Position numbers and translations under genes: made by a program
From: a virus
Lineage: Duplodnaviria > Caudoviricetes
Direction: 5' to 3' (one strand)
Virus record (IMG/VR): IMGVR_UViG_3300020583_000001
Span: 1 to 62,366 of that record
DNA length: 62,366 nucleotides
Shown: positions 1 to 9,065 of the stretch, in pieces
How positions within the stretch are numbered: the first letter of the stretch is position 1
Layout: every line of letters starts with the position of its first letter
Notes under the pieces: generated by a model
Databases searched by the model: none
Told to the model about the DNA's origin: nothing
What the model saw: only the letters and a program-made list of their open reading frames with translations

Positions 1-127
1 CGCCGGGTTCCTATGGGACGGGTAAAGAACCCGGCCTAAAGATTGTTTCCTACTCCGAAAAGGGCTCTAAACTCGATAAGTCGGGAGCCATGCGCCACTC
101 GTTTATGGTGGCAGCTACAAGGCCCAG
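1..127. repeat. Terminal direct repeat, left copy (assembly overlap of a circular contig)
   Basis: Identical to 62240-62366; an ORF reads through the junction. Confidence 0.95.
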
Positions 128-656
128 CCGGGAGGCACTGGCGGCCCACAGTGCGACCGGGAAGAATGGCGATGGGTTGAACACCTTTGGCCCGGATTTT
201 GAGGGCACCGCTTGGCTATCGCTTACCCTGCATGAGATGTGGCTGAACCCGGAAGCCTGCGCTCTGGCCTTTACCGAGTCCAGCCGGAACAAGGAAGGGG
301 TGATTCAGGCGGATTATATCGCTGCTGCCATTCAGGAGGGGGAAGCCACCCAGGAGTCGATCTCCAAAGCTCAAGACTATTTCAAATCCATTGCCAGTCA
401 AAAGGTAATCGCTGCCAACACTCCCGACGACAAGATGCAAGAGGCTTACGAGTCCCAGTACGGAAAGGAGTTGATCCAGATCTCGATTAAGGTGGGCCAG
501 TTTGTTACCCTTCAGGATTGGAAGGGTGTACCCCGCGATCTCCACCTTGATCCCCTGCAACTGGTGGGGACGGAGTTTTCGGGAAAAATCGAGACAAAGG
601 AATTTAATGGGAAATCGGGAAGCTTATGCACGGCTGTATACTCGAAGAAAAAATAA
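1..656 (+). CDS. Putative ssDNA-binding protein, 3' part (true start at 62188, across the circular join)
   Basis: Frame is continuous from ATG 62188 (MSFLQQVETN...) into the ATG at 90; lies after RecT/MazG; beta-rich C-terminus LVGTEFSGKIETKEFNGK. Confidence 0.5.
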   Translation, partial: PGSYGTGKEPGLKIVSYSEKGSKLDKSGAMRHSFMVAATRPSREALAAHSATGKNGDGLNTFGPDFEGTAWLSLTLHEMWLNPEACALAFTESSRNKEGVIQADYIAAAIQEGEATQESISKAQDYFKSIASQKVIAANTPDDKMQEAYESQYGKELIQISIKVGQFVTLQDWKGVPRDLHLDPLQLVGTEFSGKIETKEFNGKSGSLCTAVYSKKK

Positions 657-678
657 CAATCATTCACGGGAGGTCAAA

Positions 679-876
679 ATGACTTGGTGGCAGGAGTTCA
701 AAAAACGCTTTGGTAAAAAGCCTCCCGTGATAAACACACAGTGGGGGACAGTGACAGAGGGAGCGCGTAAGCAGGCGGCGCTTAACCTGCGAGACGATCC
801 CTACAAACTTAAAACAGTGATCGAAATGGTGGGAGAAAAAGAAGCGAGAAGAAGATACCCGGAGTCGTTTGAATGA
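679..876 (+). CDS. Hypothetical protein
   Basis: GGAGG RBS before ATG 679; stop overlaps the next start (ATGA). Confidence 0.75.
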   Translation: MTWWQEFKKRFGKKPPVINTQWGTVTEGARKQAALNLRDDPYKLKTVIEMVGEKEARRRYPESFE

Positions 877-1331
877 GCACCTTGATTGAGCGGCCACCAC
901 TTCGATACGACTGGGAAACTCCCCCTAAGTTGTTTAATGCGCTTGATGCAGAGTTCCACTTCACGCTTGACGTTTGTGCTGACATGCACAATGCAAAGCT
1001 CGCCAACTATTACTCTCCTACAGAGAACGGACTGCTTCAGGCTTGGGCTGGAACGTGTTGGATGAATCCTCCCTATGGGCGTGGCATGATCGGGCCGTGG
1101 ATAAAGAAGGCTTATGATTCCGCGTGTAGTGGAGACGCTACGGTGGTGTGTCTGATTCCTGCACGACCCGGAAATGATTGGTGGAAATGGGTGATCAAAG
1201 CTGAGGTAAGGTTTCTGCGCAATCGAGTCAAGTTTGTTGGCGCGAAAACTGGAGCTAAGTTCGATTGTGTTGTAGCAATATTTCATGCTCATCTAGACCC
1301 CAGCGGAATTATGAAGGTGTGGAAGCCTTGA
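873..1331 (+). CDS. dam: Phage DNA N6-adenine methyltransferase (Dam_phage type)
   Basis: Motifs WETP, FTLDVCA, WMNPPY and VCLIPAR. Confidence 0.92.
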   Translation: MSTLIERPPLRYDWETPPKLFNALDAEFHFTLDVCADMHNAKLANYYSPTENGLLQAWAGTCWMNPPYGRGMIGPWIKKAYDSACSGDATVVCLIPARPGNDWWKWVIKAEVRFLRNRVKFVGAKTGAKFDCVVAIFHAHLDPSGIMKVWKP

Positions 1332-1383
1332 GAATAAAGCCTGACTAGTATTGGAGCGAGATGAAGGAGGTGCCTTGTGCGGC

Positions 1384-2469
1384 TTATGCAATGGCGGGGT
1401 GAAGTGATGATTGCTGGCGTGAACGCTCGGATGCGTCGGCTGCTCGGATTTGATATAGGCCACTCGCGCCAATGTCATGCGACCGAGATGGATCGACAAA
1501 ACACGCTTCCTGCCAAGGACACGGCACCCATCCATCACACTGCCCCCTTGCCATCGGTTCCTCCATTGGCTCCCTTCGTTCCTCCATCATGCGTTGCATA
1601 CGAGTCGCAAGCCTCTCTAGTTGGCCTAGCGTATCCCGGCGTACTGCCTCGCTGGGTTGAGCGATGGGTATGTGATGAAGAAGGGTCGGCGTGACCCCAT
1701 CGGAATCCATCAGGTCCACCCATGTCTCAGGATCGGGATTGGGCTGGTCGGCATAGTAGATCGGTATCCACTGTTCAGACAAGGAGGTCGCATGGCCTTT
1801 ACTGTTTTTCCTGACAAACTTATATCTATGGGCAATTGCCGGGTGTTTATACGCCCGGACCCAGGCCGACGTTCGGCGACCATTACGCTGCTGTCCGATG
1901 TTTATGACGTGGAGAGTGAGCGGCGCATCGCAGACGGCGATATCCCCGAACACGTACCAGCCGTGCGCCTCGCGTGCGAGGGTATCGTTATCAAATCGGT
2001 CAACTGTGATCCAGCGATGGAGAAGGCCGGAGTCGTCGGCCCAAGCGAGGGGGGACCATTCTAATGGACTGGAATCTTCTATGTTGGATATTGGGATTGA
2101 TGGCTGTCGCGTCATTGTCAGCAGTGTTAGCCGAGATATGGCTGTCAAGATGGTGCTCAACATGCCAGCGTAATCATTCGCCACGACCCACGAATCCTGA
2201 CCCTCCGACAGATCCAAGCCGGGATTCGCCGCCGCCGACAGAAACCGAGTCCGCGCTGCCTGAATCTCCGTCTCAGGAGACGCGCCGTTGGAGATAGCAA
2301 AGATGGCTTGCCGCAAGCACTGGTCGAAAAGACGCTTCGGGCGATAGCGAATGACCCTCCAAGATTGCTCCAGCAGCCATCGCCTGGGGCAACCCTGAAA
2401 GGTAGAGAGGGAGTAAGCATCAATGATCGAAGCTGAATTTATCTTCTGTGTGATTGGTGGGCTCGTCAT
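1384..2469 (-). CDS. PD-(D/E)XK/Cas4-AddB-like nuclease-fold protein, apparently with a degenerate active site
   Basis: N-terminal YSLSTFQGCPRRW and C-terminal C-x5-CPW-x3-C cluster; no recognisable D...D/ExK motif. Confidence 0.65.
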   Translation of the reverse strand: MTSPPITQKINSASIIDAYSLSTFQGCPRRWLLEQSWRVIRYRPKRLFDQCLRQAIFAISNGASPETEIQAARTRFLSAAANPGLDLSEGQDSWVVANDYAGMLSTILTAISRLTLLTMTRQPSIPISNIEDSSPLEWSPLAWADDSGLLHRWITVDRFDNDTLAREAHGWYVFGDIAVCDAPLTLHVINIGQQRNGRRTSAWVRAYKHPAIAHRYKFVRKNSKGHATSLSEQWIPIYYADQPNPDPETWVDLMDSDGVTPTLLHHIPIAQPSEAVRRDTLGQLERLATRMQRMMEERREPMEEPMARGQCDGWVPCPWQEACFVDPSRSHDIGASGLYQIRAADASERSRQQSSLHPAIA

Positions 2470-2478
2470 GTTCGTCCT

Positions 2479-2488
2479 AGCCTACCAC
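2479..2488 (-). promoter_or_regulatory. Putative extended -10 promoter GTGGTAGGCT
   Basis: TGnTAnnnT pattern; identical 10-mer at 16791-16800, both directly after a stop codon. Confidence 0.45.
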
Positions 2489-2492
2489 GAAG

Positions 2493-4424
2493 TCACTGGC
2501 TTGGAGGCGGAGGGAAAGAACTCCCGGCAGGCAACTCCTGCCTTGGCTGCGAGGCGATCCATTCCCGCACCTTCTTATTGGAGAGCAACAAATGCTCGGC
2601 CAAGCGCGGCGGGAACAAATCCCACCACCCGTAAGGACGACCAGCGACGGACTCCAGCTTCCGTAGCCTGACCTCTCGCGGATCTACTGGAGGGATATCC
2701 TTGGGAGCATTCAACGTCGGCAGTGTTGGCTTATCCGGCAGCTTTGGTGGCTTAACCTCTCCCAACTCCGGCGGCTCAGGGAACTTAGGCGGAGCTGGCA
2801 TTTCAAACTTCCCTGGCTTGGCCGACACTTTGATCTTAGGTAACGCTTCCGCTTGCGCGTTCATTCGTCGTAGCGCCAGCGCGGTATGAGGTGACACTCC
2901 AGCGTCACGATACTTGGCCATCGTCTGGAGAAGTCGGTCGCCCGCCTTGCCTAGCACCTGCGAGGATATATCTGCTGCATCCTTGGCATTGCGAATCTTA
3001 GCTAGCGGGCTATCCTTGCCCTCCCAGTCATCGTAATAACGGCTCTGATCCGCCTTGAGCGATGAGTATTCATCTCCGATCCCATGCCGCTTTGCTGTGG
3101 CTTGCAACGCTGCGTCCTGCGCTTCGTGAACGTGCTTTAGCGCTTGATAAATATTCCCCGGCAAGTCTCCCTGTGCGAGTCGATCACCTACAGCCGAATA
3201 ATGCACTCGCGCTGTCTGCCACGGAATCGAGGCTCCTGGCGCGGCCTGTAATCCTTCAGCGTCATCTACTGAATCCTTAATCCCGATCTCAGTGAGAAGA
3301 TCGTTGAACACTTTAACGCTGCCAGGAGCGCCGCGTAGGTCATTCTTGATCGCCTTCTGTACTGCGTTGTGGACCGTGGTGGCGTCAGTCGGAGTCTCCT
3401 CGCCGATCTTGTCACGGATCGCGTCCCACCGGGCATCCAGCTTTCCCTTGACCACACGCTGGCCCTTATCCACGTTATCCTTGACCATCTTGGTATAGGC
3501 TTCCTGCCCACGGCCCAGCGCCTCACGCTTATTCTTGATGGCCTCAGCATCTTGCGCGGATTTCTCAGCCGCGTAAGCTTTGTCCACCCAGTCCTTTTGC
3601 GCGTCTGCAACCTTCTTGGCATGAGCCGACTTCTGTCCAGCGGTCGCCTGCTCATGTGCGGCGACTTCCTGATCGTACTTGGCCTTGGCGTCCTTTAACT
3701 TCTCTTGATGTGTATCTAACAATTCCTGCGTCTTGCGCTCATTCTCGACCAAGTCCTGCGCGTGACGCTGGTTGATAGTGTCGGCCTTGGCGGTAAATCC
3801 CGCCTGTTGCGTCTCTACCTTATGCGCCCGTGCTCGTTCTGCCTCAGCAACCGGGATCTTTCCTGCCCCAGCGACATCCTGTGCCAGTGCGCGAGTAGCT
3901 CCGCCTACGCGATCCATAGTCTTGCCTACTGTTCCCTCAGCAATCTTCCCTGGCGTTTCTCCCCCGGCTTCATCTCCGGCTAGGAATGTAGCAGCATCGG
4001 CGGATATCTTAGCCGGATCTTCTCCTTGGCTCATGCGATAGGCAATCCCCGGCGTAGTCATGCTGAGGATTCCCTTGCCCGCGTTGGCGATGCCCTCTTC
4101 CTCAGCCTCAAACGGAGCCAGCAGCATCTTGCCATAGCGGCCTTGGGCCTTAGCTTCCTTAACTTTCTTGGAAGCACTGTCGAGTATCTGCGCAGGGAAG
4201 TTAGCCATCGCTCCGAGATCGGTGCCAAGGTTCTCGCTGAAGCGCGACATGAACGACTTCTGGGGGGCGGGAGTTGTGGCGGCTGGGGATTGGCTTATCG
4301 TAGATAGTAGCTTCCCTTGCATATCGTCCGACACGCCATAATGTTTTAGCACCAACTTCTGTGCATCCGGCGACATCTTCCTGAACTCTTGATCGTCCAG
4401 CGTCTCTGTCAGGGATTGTGGCAT
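2493..4424 (-). CDS. Putative internal virion/DNA ejection protein
   Basis: 643 aa, helical, Ala/Lys-rich; last of three ejection-type genes at the end of a podovirus-like structural arm. Confidence 0.55.
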   Translation of the reverse strand: MPQSLTETLDDQEFRKMSPDAQKLVLKHYGVSDDMQGKLLSTISQSPAATTPAPQKSFMSRFSENLGTDLGAMANFPAQILDSASKKVKEAKAQGRYGKMLLAPFEAEEEGIANAGKGILSMTTPGIAYRMSQGEDPAKISADAATFLAGDEAGGETPGKIAEGTVGKTMDRVGGATRALAQDVAGAGKIPVAEAERARAHKVETQQAGFTAKADTINQRHAQDLVENERKTQELLDTHQEKLKDAKAKYDQEVAAHEQATAGQKSAHAKKVADAQKDWVDKAYAAEKSAQDAEAIKNKREALGRGQEAYTKMVKDNVDKGQRVVKGKLDARWDAIRDKIGEETPTDATTVHNAVQKAIKNDLRGAPGSVKVFNDLLTEIGIKDSVDDAEGLQAAPGASIPWQTARVHYSAVGDRLAQGDLPGNIYQALKHVHEAQDAALQATAKRHGIGDEYSSLKADQSRYYDDWEGKDSPLAKIRNAKDAADISSQVLGKAGDRLLQTMAKYRDAGVSPHTALALRRMNAQAEALPKIKVSAKPGKFEMPAPPKFPEPPELGEVKPPKLPDKPTLPTLNAPKDIPPVDPREVRLRKLESVAGRPYGWWDLFPPRLAEHLLLSNKKVREWIASQPRQELPAGSSFPPPPSQ

Positions 4425-4429
4425 GGGAT

Positions 4430-6079
4430 TTAGTGTGCGGCAGCGTGTTTGGCCAAGTAGGCGGCGGCTTCCTCGTCTGCGGTCTGCGGAGGCTTGGGCA
4501 TGTGCGAATCGCCGTAGCCGACCGCCGCGCCTTTCTTGCCATACTTATAAGCATCGTCCATGACATCCTTGAGCCGTGCCTTGATCGTTTCCAGTTTTTC
4601 CTTCATCAGCTTCGGCGAATCTACCCACGGATTAGGTGTGTGCTCTAGCGCCTTCTTTAACGCCAGCACGGATCGACTGGTCCCTTTGAGCACTGACGCG
4701 GCCTCGACTACCGAGCCAAGCGACAGTCCAGCGATATCCTTGCCCAGTGATCCTTCTGGGGATGCGATGCCAATGGCGTACTTAGCCCGTGGCCCCAGCA
4801 GGTATCCAGAGGAGTTATTATTCCCCAGCTTGAGATCGTTGATATCCTTCAGCAGCCCGTCGATCTGATCCATGACCGGGCTTGCGGCGATGATCGTCTT
4901 CTGTGCTTCGGGGATCAGCGTCACCGGAGCATTGCGCCCTTGGTCTTTGAGATATTTTTCAACCGCTGGCTTGTCCTTGGACGATGGCACCACGCCATTC
5001 TGCTCCCAGTCATCGGCCATCGCAGCTACGCGGCCCCCGCCACCTCCCTTGGCTGTCGATGGCCCTCTGCCAGACTTCGCGGTGGGCGGAGCAGGCATCC
5101 CACTCTTACCTCTCGGTGGAACCTTCTGTGTCGTCCGCGAGGATGTAGTCGTTCCTGTATCAGGATTGTAGGTGCTGGAGCTACTGCTGACCGTCGGCAG
5201 CGTCCCTGGAAGTATCTGCCCTGCATTCTCAACCGGCTCGCCATTCTGATCGAATACCTGTCCAGTCGTCAAATCCTGCGTGCCAAATAGCCGCTTGGTG
5301 GGATCATTCGGATCGCTATAGGTGACCGGATGTGGCTTGACCCGTGCCTGCGCGGCCTTAACCGAATATTCTCCTCGGACCTTCTCCTCTTCCTGCTTCC
5401 GCTGGGATGCGTCATCGAGATCGGATTGCGCGACCTGATGCGCCGACTCAGCCTGTGACCGCGCCAGCGACGTCCCTGGATCTTGCCCTGCTGGAGTGTA
5501 TCCCGGTGGTGGAGGCATTTGCGTCCCAGATGCGTCAGGCGAGGCGTTCGGCGGTACGGGCATCCCTGAGCCTCCCTTAGCCCCTTCTCCTCCAGCAGGA
5601 GCAGCGTTCTGCGGCGGCTGAGGCATCCCTGTCGCTGGTTGCTGACCCTGCCCACCTTGTCCCGGCTGTGGTGGGTTTCCGCCCGCTCGATGGTGTACGA
5701 GCTTATCGGTGAACTGTCCTAGCTTGCCGATGATCGACTTGTTCTCTTTGCTTACTCCCGCCGCCTTCTGCCATGCGTCGAATGCTGCTTTGCGCTGGAG
5801 TTCTAACTTCTGCCCTTCCGGCGTCAGCGTGCCATCCTTGCCCATATACTTGCCGGTAGTATCCCCGGCGAGCACCTGTGACAACTCTCCATAGCTGCGG
5901 TGATTACGATCCGCTTCGGCGACTCGCTTGGCGTGGGCGTCTTCCAACTGCTGCCGGACCATCGGCATTCCGCCGCCAGTAAGATTGACGAGGAATCCCT
6001 TGAGCTTGTCGCCTTCAGAGCCGGAGCCCACGCCAGCAACAGGCGTATCTGTCGGAGGTGGTGGCATGGAAGTTCCCAT
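4430..6079 (-). CDS. Putative internal virion/DNA ejection protein, Pro/Gly-rich
   Basis: 549 aa, largely disordered, repeated MPxPP motifs; position in the ejection cluster. Confidence 0.55.
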   Translation of the reverse strand: MGTSMPPPPTDTPVAGVGSGSEGDKLKGFLVNLTGGGMPMVRQQLEDAHAKRVAEADRNHRSYGELSQVLAGDTTGKYMGKDGTLTPEGQKLELQRKAAFDAWQKAAGVSKENKSIIGKLGQFTDKLVHHRAGGNPPQPGQGGQGQQPATGMPQPPQNAAPAGGEGAKGGSGMPVPPNASPDASGTQMPPPPGYTPAGQDPGTSLARSQAESAHQVAQSDLDDASQRKQEEEKVRGEYSVKAAQARVKPHPVTYSDPNDPTKRLFGTQDLTTGQVFDQNGEPVENAGQILPGTLPTVSSSSSTYNPDTGTTTSSRTTQKVPPRGKSGMPAPPTAKSGRGPSTAKGGGGGRVAAMADDWEQNGVVPSSKDKPAVEKYLKDQGRNAPVTLIPEAQKTIIAASPVMDQIDGLLKDINDLKLGNNNSSGYLLGPRAKYAIGIASPEGSLGKDIAGLSLGSVVEAASVLKGTSRSVLALKKALEHTPNPWVDSPKLMKEKLETIKARLKDVMDDAYKYGKKGAAVGYGDSHMPKPPQTADEEAAAYLAKHAAAH

Positions 6080-6708
6080 TACATTGACGCTCCCAGGTCG
6101 AGTAATGTACTGACAGTTGTGGCGGCGTTATTGGCGTTCTGATTATGCAGATCATTCGACTCCGCCCGCGAATCTCCCGCCAACGATGTCAGCGACTTGG
6201 CCGCTCCAGTCCCAATCCCAAGCAGGTTCAAGGCCGCGCTCAGTTGCGAATCCCCCACCTTACTCGTTGTTCCGGCAACCTGTGTGGCCCCTTGCGCCGC
6301 TGTGGACTTCGCCTGATTTACCGCCGTATCGACCGCTGCGTTCTTATTCGTATCAATCTGCTGGCCGACCGCGTTTACTCCCCCGCCGCGAGCCGTCCCT
6401 GAATTAGCAATCTGTTTCTTCTGCGCATCGGCCCCGGCGTTCGCTGCGTTGACCGTTGGCGCTACTGCGCTGAGAGTCTGCTGCCGATTACCGCTCAAGA
6501 GGTCGGAGTAATACTTCGCTGGCGACGACAACTGCGAGAGGGCATCCTTTTGTGTTGCCTGTCCCGCCGTGTATCCAGCTTCAGCATTGGGCAGCGCGAA
6601 GTTGAACACATTGTTGAGATCGCCGAATCCCTGGAGTTGATTCTTGCGATCAGTCTTCGCCCCACTTCCCGAGAACAGGCTGAATATCGCGCTCAGTGGT
6701 GATCCCAT
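6079..6708 (-). CDS. Putative DNA pilot/ejection protein (P22 gp7-like composition)
   Basis: 209 aa, rich in Gly/Ala/Gln/Asn, short hydrophobic N-terminus, ARGGG motif. Confidence 0.55.
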   Translation of the reverse strand: MGSPLSAIFSLFSGSGAKTDRKNQLQGFGDLNNVFNFALPNAEAGYTAGQATQKDALSQLSSPAKYYSDLLSGNRQQTLSAVAPTVNAANAGADAQKKQIANSGTARGGGVNAVGQQIDTNKNAAVDTAVNQAKSTAAQGATQVAGTTSKVGDSQLSAALNLLGIGTGAAKSLTSLAGDSRAESNDLHNQNANNAATTVSTLLDLGASM

Positions 6709-9065
6709 TTGTCTCCTATCTTAGCACTGGGGTAAAGGATCGTAGCCATAAACGCTGCGGAAGTGGGAACGCCGAAGGGTGGCGGTATTGGATCGTTCGC
6801 ATAACAACTGGTTTCATTGAAACTCAATACACCGCCAGTTCCATCCGGCACCCCGCCCATTACATGCAGAAAGCATTCCATTGCCGGGATTGCATTGGCG
6901 TGTCCTCCGAAAGTTGCCACCAGACTTCCGCCGCCCGGAGTGCAGTCCGAGTTAGAACTTGCTTGGGCATAGGAATAAGTCCCACCATTGCAGCGCCCGA
7001 GATTTCCGCTCGCCACGTCTGGTCCGGTAATCGGCCATCCCGCACAATATCCGGTTGTGGGATTTTTACCGAACGGCAGATTGCTATGACCGCATCCCGT
7101 ACCAACGCTTCCGCCAGTGAAATAAAAAGAAGATGGCATGGCGGACTGTCCTGCGCCCGTATCCCCAAGCGTCGGCACGGCGGTCGCAAAACTTACCGAA
7201 CCATTGCAAATCGAACAGGACCACAAGGAAGATGGAATTTCTGTCGTGCTGCCGCAAGTCGTTCCCCATCCCGTATCCGACGAGCTGCCGCACCACCGTA
7301 CCGTAGCCGTCGTACAGACTGGAGAACCGGAAGTGGGACACCCCGCCGTGATCGCGTCCCAATTCCCCCAGCGCATCAGTGTAGCCGGAGTTACGGCGTC
7401 CCAAGAGTTAAGCGTTCCGCATGAATTGTTGGTAGAGCACCAAGTCGTGTTGTAATTCGTGTTGCAGGAAAAGCCATTGTTGGAACTGAAGCCGCTGTTG
7501 TAGATCGATTGCGTTCCTGCCCCAGAAGTGCAGGCCGAAGCATTTGTCTGATAGACTCCGATCTGATTTCTGCCAGGGTCGCCCATAACGTTTCCTATTA
7601 CATTCTCGTAGCGCGAACTGGCGTAAAGAGCAATCGCGATGGTAGAGACCGTGCAGGTTGAACCGCCGCAGGAGTTTTGATTGCCGGGAAAAAGATTGCG
7701 AAACAACGTCTCCAAGTGATGCGTGCCGTGAACCGCGTCGGAGACGTAACCCAGCGAACTATTGCCTTCGTGCAGGTTGAAGTAATTACCGCCTGCGTGT
7801 GAGTAGTCCCCAGCGGCAAAGGCCGTGGCAAAGAACACGCTGCCAATTGTGTAGTTGTAGGCGATGACATTGCCGCCTGCGGAGCCATTGTTATTCGGGC
7901 AAGAGTCGGTGACTTGCTGGCAGATGTTGTTCACGAACACGCTGTCGGCCACACTGTTGAATTCTGTGGCGTAGCTCACGGCAGCGTGCGACTGGCCTTG
8001 ATAAAAATAGTTGTTCTCGTCCACGTTGTGCGAGACGATGATGTTGCTGATGTGCGCCCGCGACGGATAGACTCCCTTGATTCCCTTGACCCAGCATTTG
8101 TAGCAGTTGCTTACTTCGAGGATATTTGCTCCGGTTGCGCTCGTAGCATCAATCGACATATCCTCAATGCCGCGCTGGGTGGCAAACGAGGTTGCATACC
8201 AGACTTGCGGACTTTGCCCGCTGCGCCAGTTTGGCATGTATAGGCCGGGAGAGATAGTGATACATGGAGCCGTGAATGTGCAGGAACCGCCGCTAGTAGC
8301 TATATTTGTGACGGTGACGATCTGCTCTTGCCCTCGCGTGCAGGTTGATGTCGTGGGATTCCCCGAGTTGAGGCAAGGCCCATCGGTCCTCTGAAATCCT
8401 CCCTGGTAAGCGGTCGCGGTTGATGTGCCCCCGATGCAGGACGAGTAATAAGTAATCGAAGTGGCGCTCGCCGGAGGGCCGTTGCAGTTGAAGACAGAGC
8501 CTGGATCGGTGCCTTCATCCAGTTGATCGAGCACAAGCATTGAACCAACTGTTAGATTCGAGAGACTGCCGACTGCCGGAGTGGTTGAGCCGCAGTTGGC
8601 GATTGTGATGACCGTCGTGCCTGCCGTATATCCAGCGATCCAGTCGCACACATTGTCGGGATTGGAACTGGCGTTAGTCGTCGAACCTTGAATGCAGACC
8701 GCTGCGTAGTTATAGAGGCAGGCATTGTGCCCGGTCATCACGAGGAACGTCTGATTCGCTCCCCCGCCCCGCACCACTACATTGTCATGGCTGATGTTGA
8801 AGCCGCTCGTCAGGTTAAATGTTCCGTTTCCCAGGAGAACATATTGATTGTTGGAGCAGCCAGCCGTCGCGCTCGTTATCGTTGCTCCGCTGCCCGAGTA
8901 TGGCGCGATGGTCGAGCCGCACTGCGTCCATGAAGCATCGGGCGGTGTGATGCCAGGGAATCCAGCCTGTGTCCAGTCGATAGCACGCGACGGGTCGATG
9001 ATGCCGGACCATGCTTGGCCGAAGCAGGATGCAACCAACAATAGAAATGTGAAGCAGTGCTTCAT
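6693..9065 (-). CDS. Secreted pectate-lyase-like right-handed beta-helix protein, Cys-rich
   Basis: Signal peptide MKHCFTFLLLVASCFG; VVVRGGG, GIEDMSI and CWVKGI beta-helix rungs with Asn ladders. Confidence 0.7.
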   Translation of the reverse strand: MKHCFTFLLLVASCFGQAWSGIIDPSRAIDWTQAGFPGITPPDASWTQCGSTIAPYSGSGATITSATAGCSNNQYVLLGNGTFNLTSGFNISHDNVVVRGGGANQTFLVMTGHNACLYNYAAVCIQGSTTNASSNPDNVCDWIAGYTAGTTVITIANCGSTTPAVGSLSNLTVGSMLVLDQLDEGTDPGSVFNCNGPPASATSITYYSSCIGGTSTATAYQGGFQRTDGPCLNSGNPTTSTCTRGQEQIVTVTNIATSGGSCTFTAPCITISPGLYMPNWRSGQSPQVWYATSFATQRGIEDMSIDATSATGANILEVSNCYKCWVKGIKGVYPSRAHISNIIVSHNVDENNYFYQGQSHAAVSYATEFNSVADSVFVNNICQQVTDSCPNNNGSAGGNVIAYNYTIGSVFFATAFAAGDYSHAGGNYFNLHEGNSSLGYVSDAVHGTHHLETLFRNLFPGNQNSCGGSTCTVSTIAIALYASSRYENVIGNVMGDPGRNQIGVYQTNASACTSGAGTQSIYNSGFSSNNGFSCNTNYNTTWCSTNNSCGTLNSWDAVTPATLMRWGNWDAITAGCPTSGSPVCTTATVRWCGSSSDTGWGTTCGSTTEIPSSLWSCSICNGSVSFATAVPTLGDTGAGQSAMPSSFYFTGGSVGTGCGHSNLPFGKNPTTGYCAGWPITGPDVASGNLGRCNGGTYSYAQASSNSDCTPGGGSLVATFGGHANAIPAMECFLHVMGGVPDGTGGVLSFNETSCYANDPIPPPFGVPTSAAFMATILYPSAKIGDKWDHH

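Noticed and set aside
1377-1694. Plus-strand ORF with an AAGGAGG RBS
   Set aside because: It is antisense to a convincing gene and the product is not protein-like; it cannot be fully excluded
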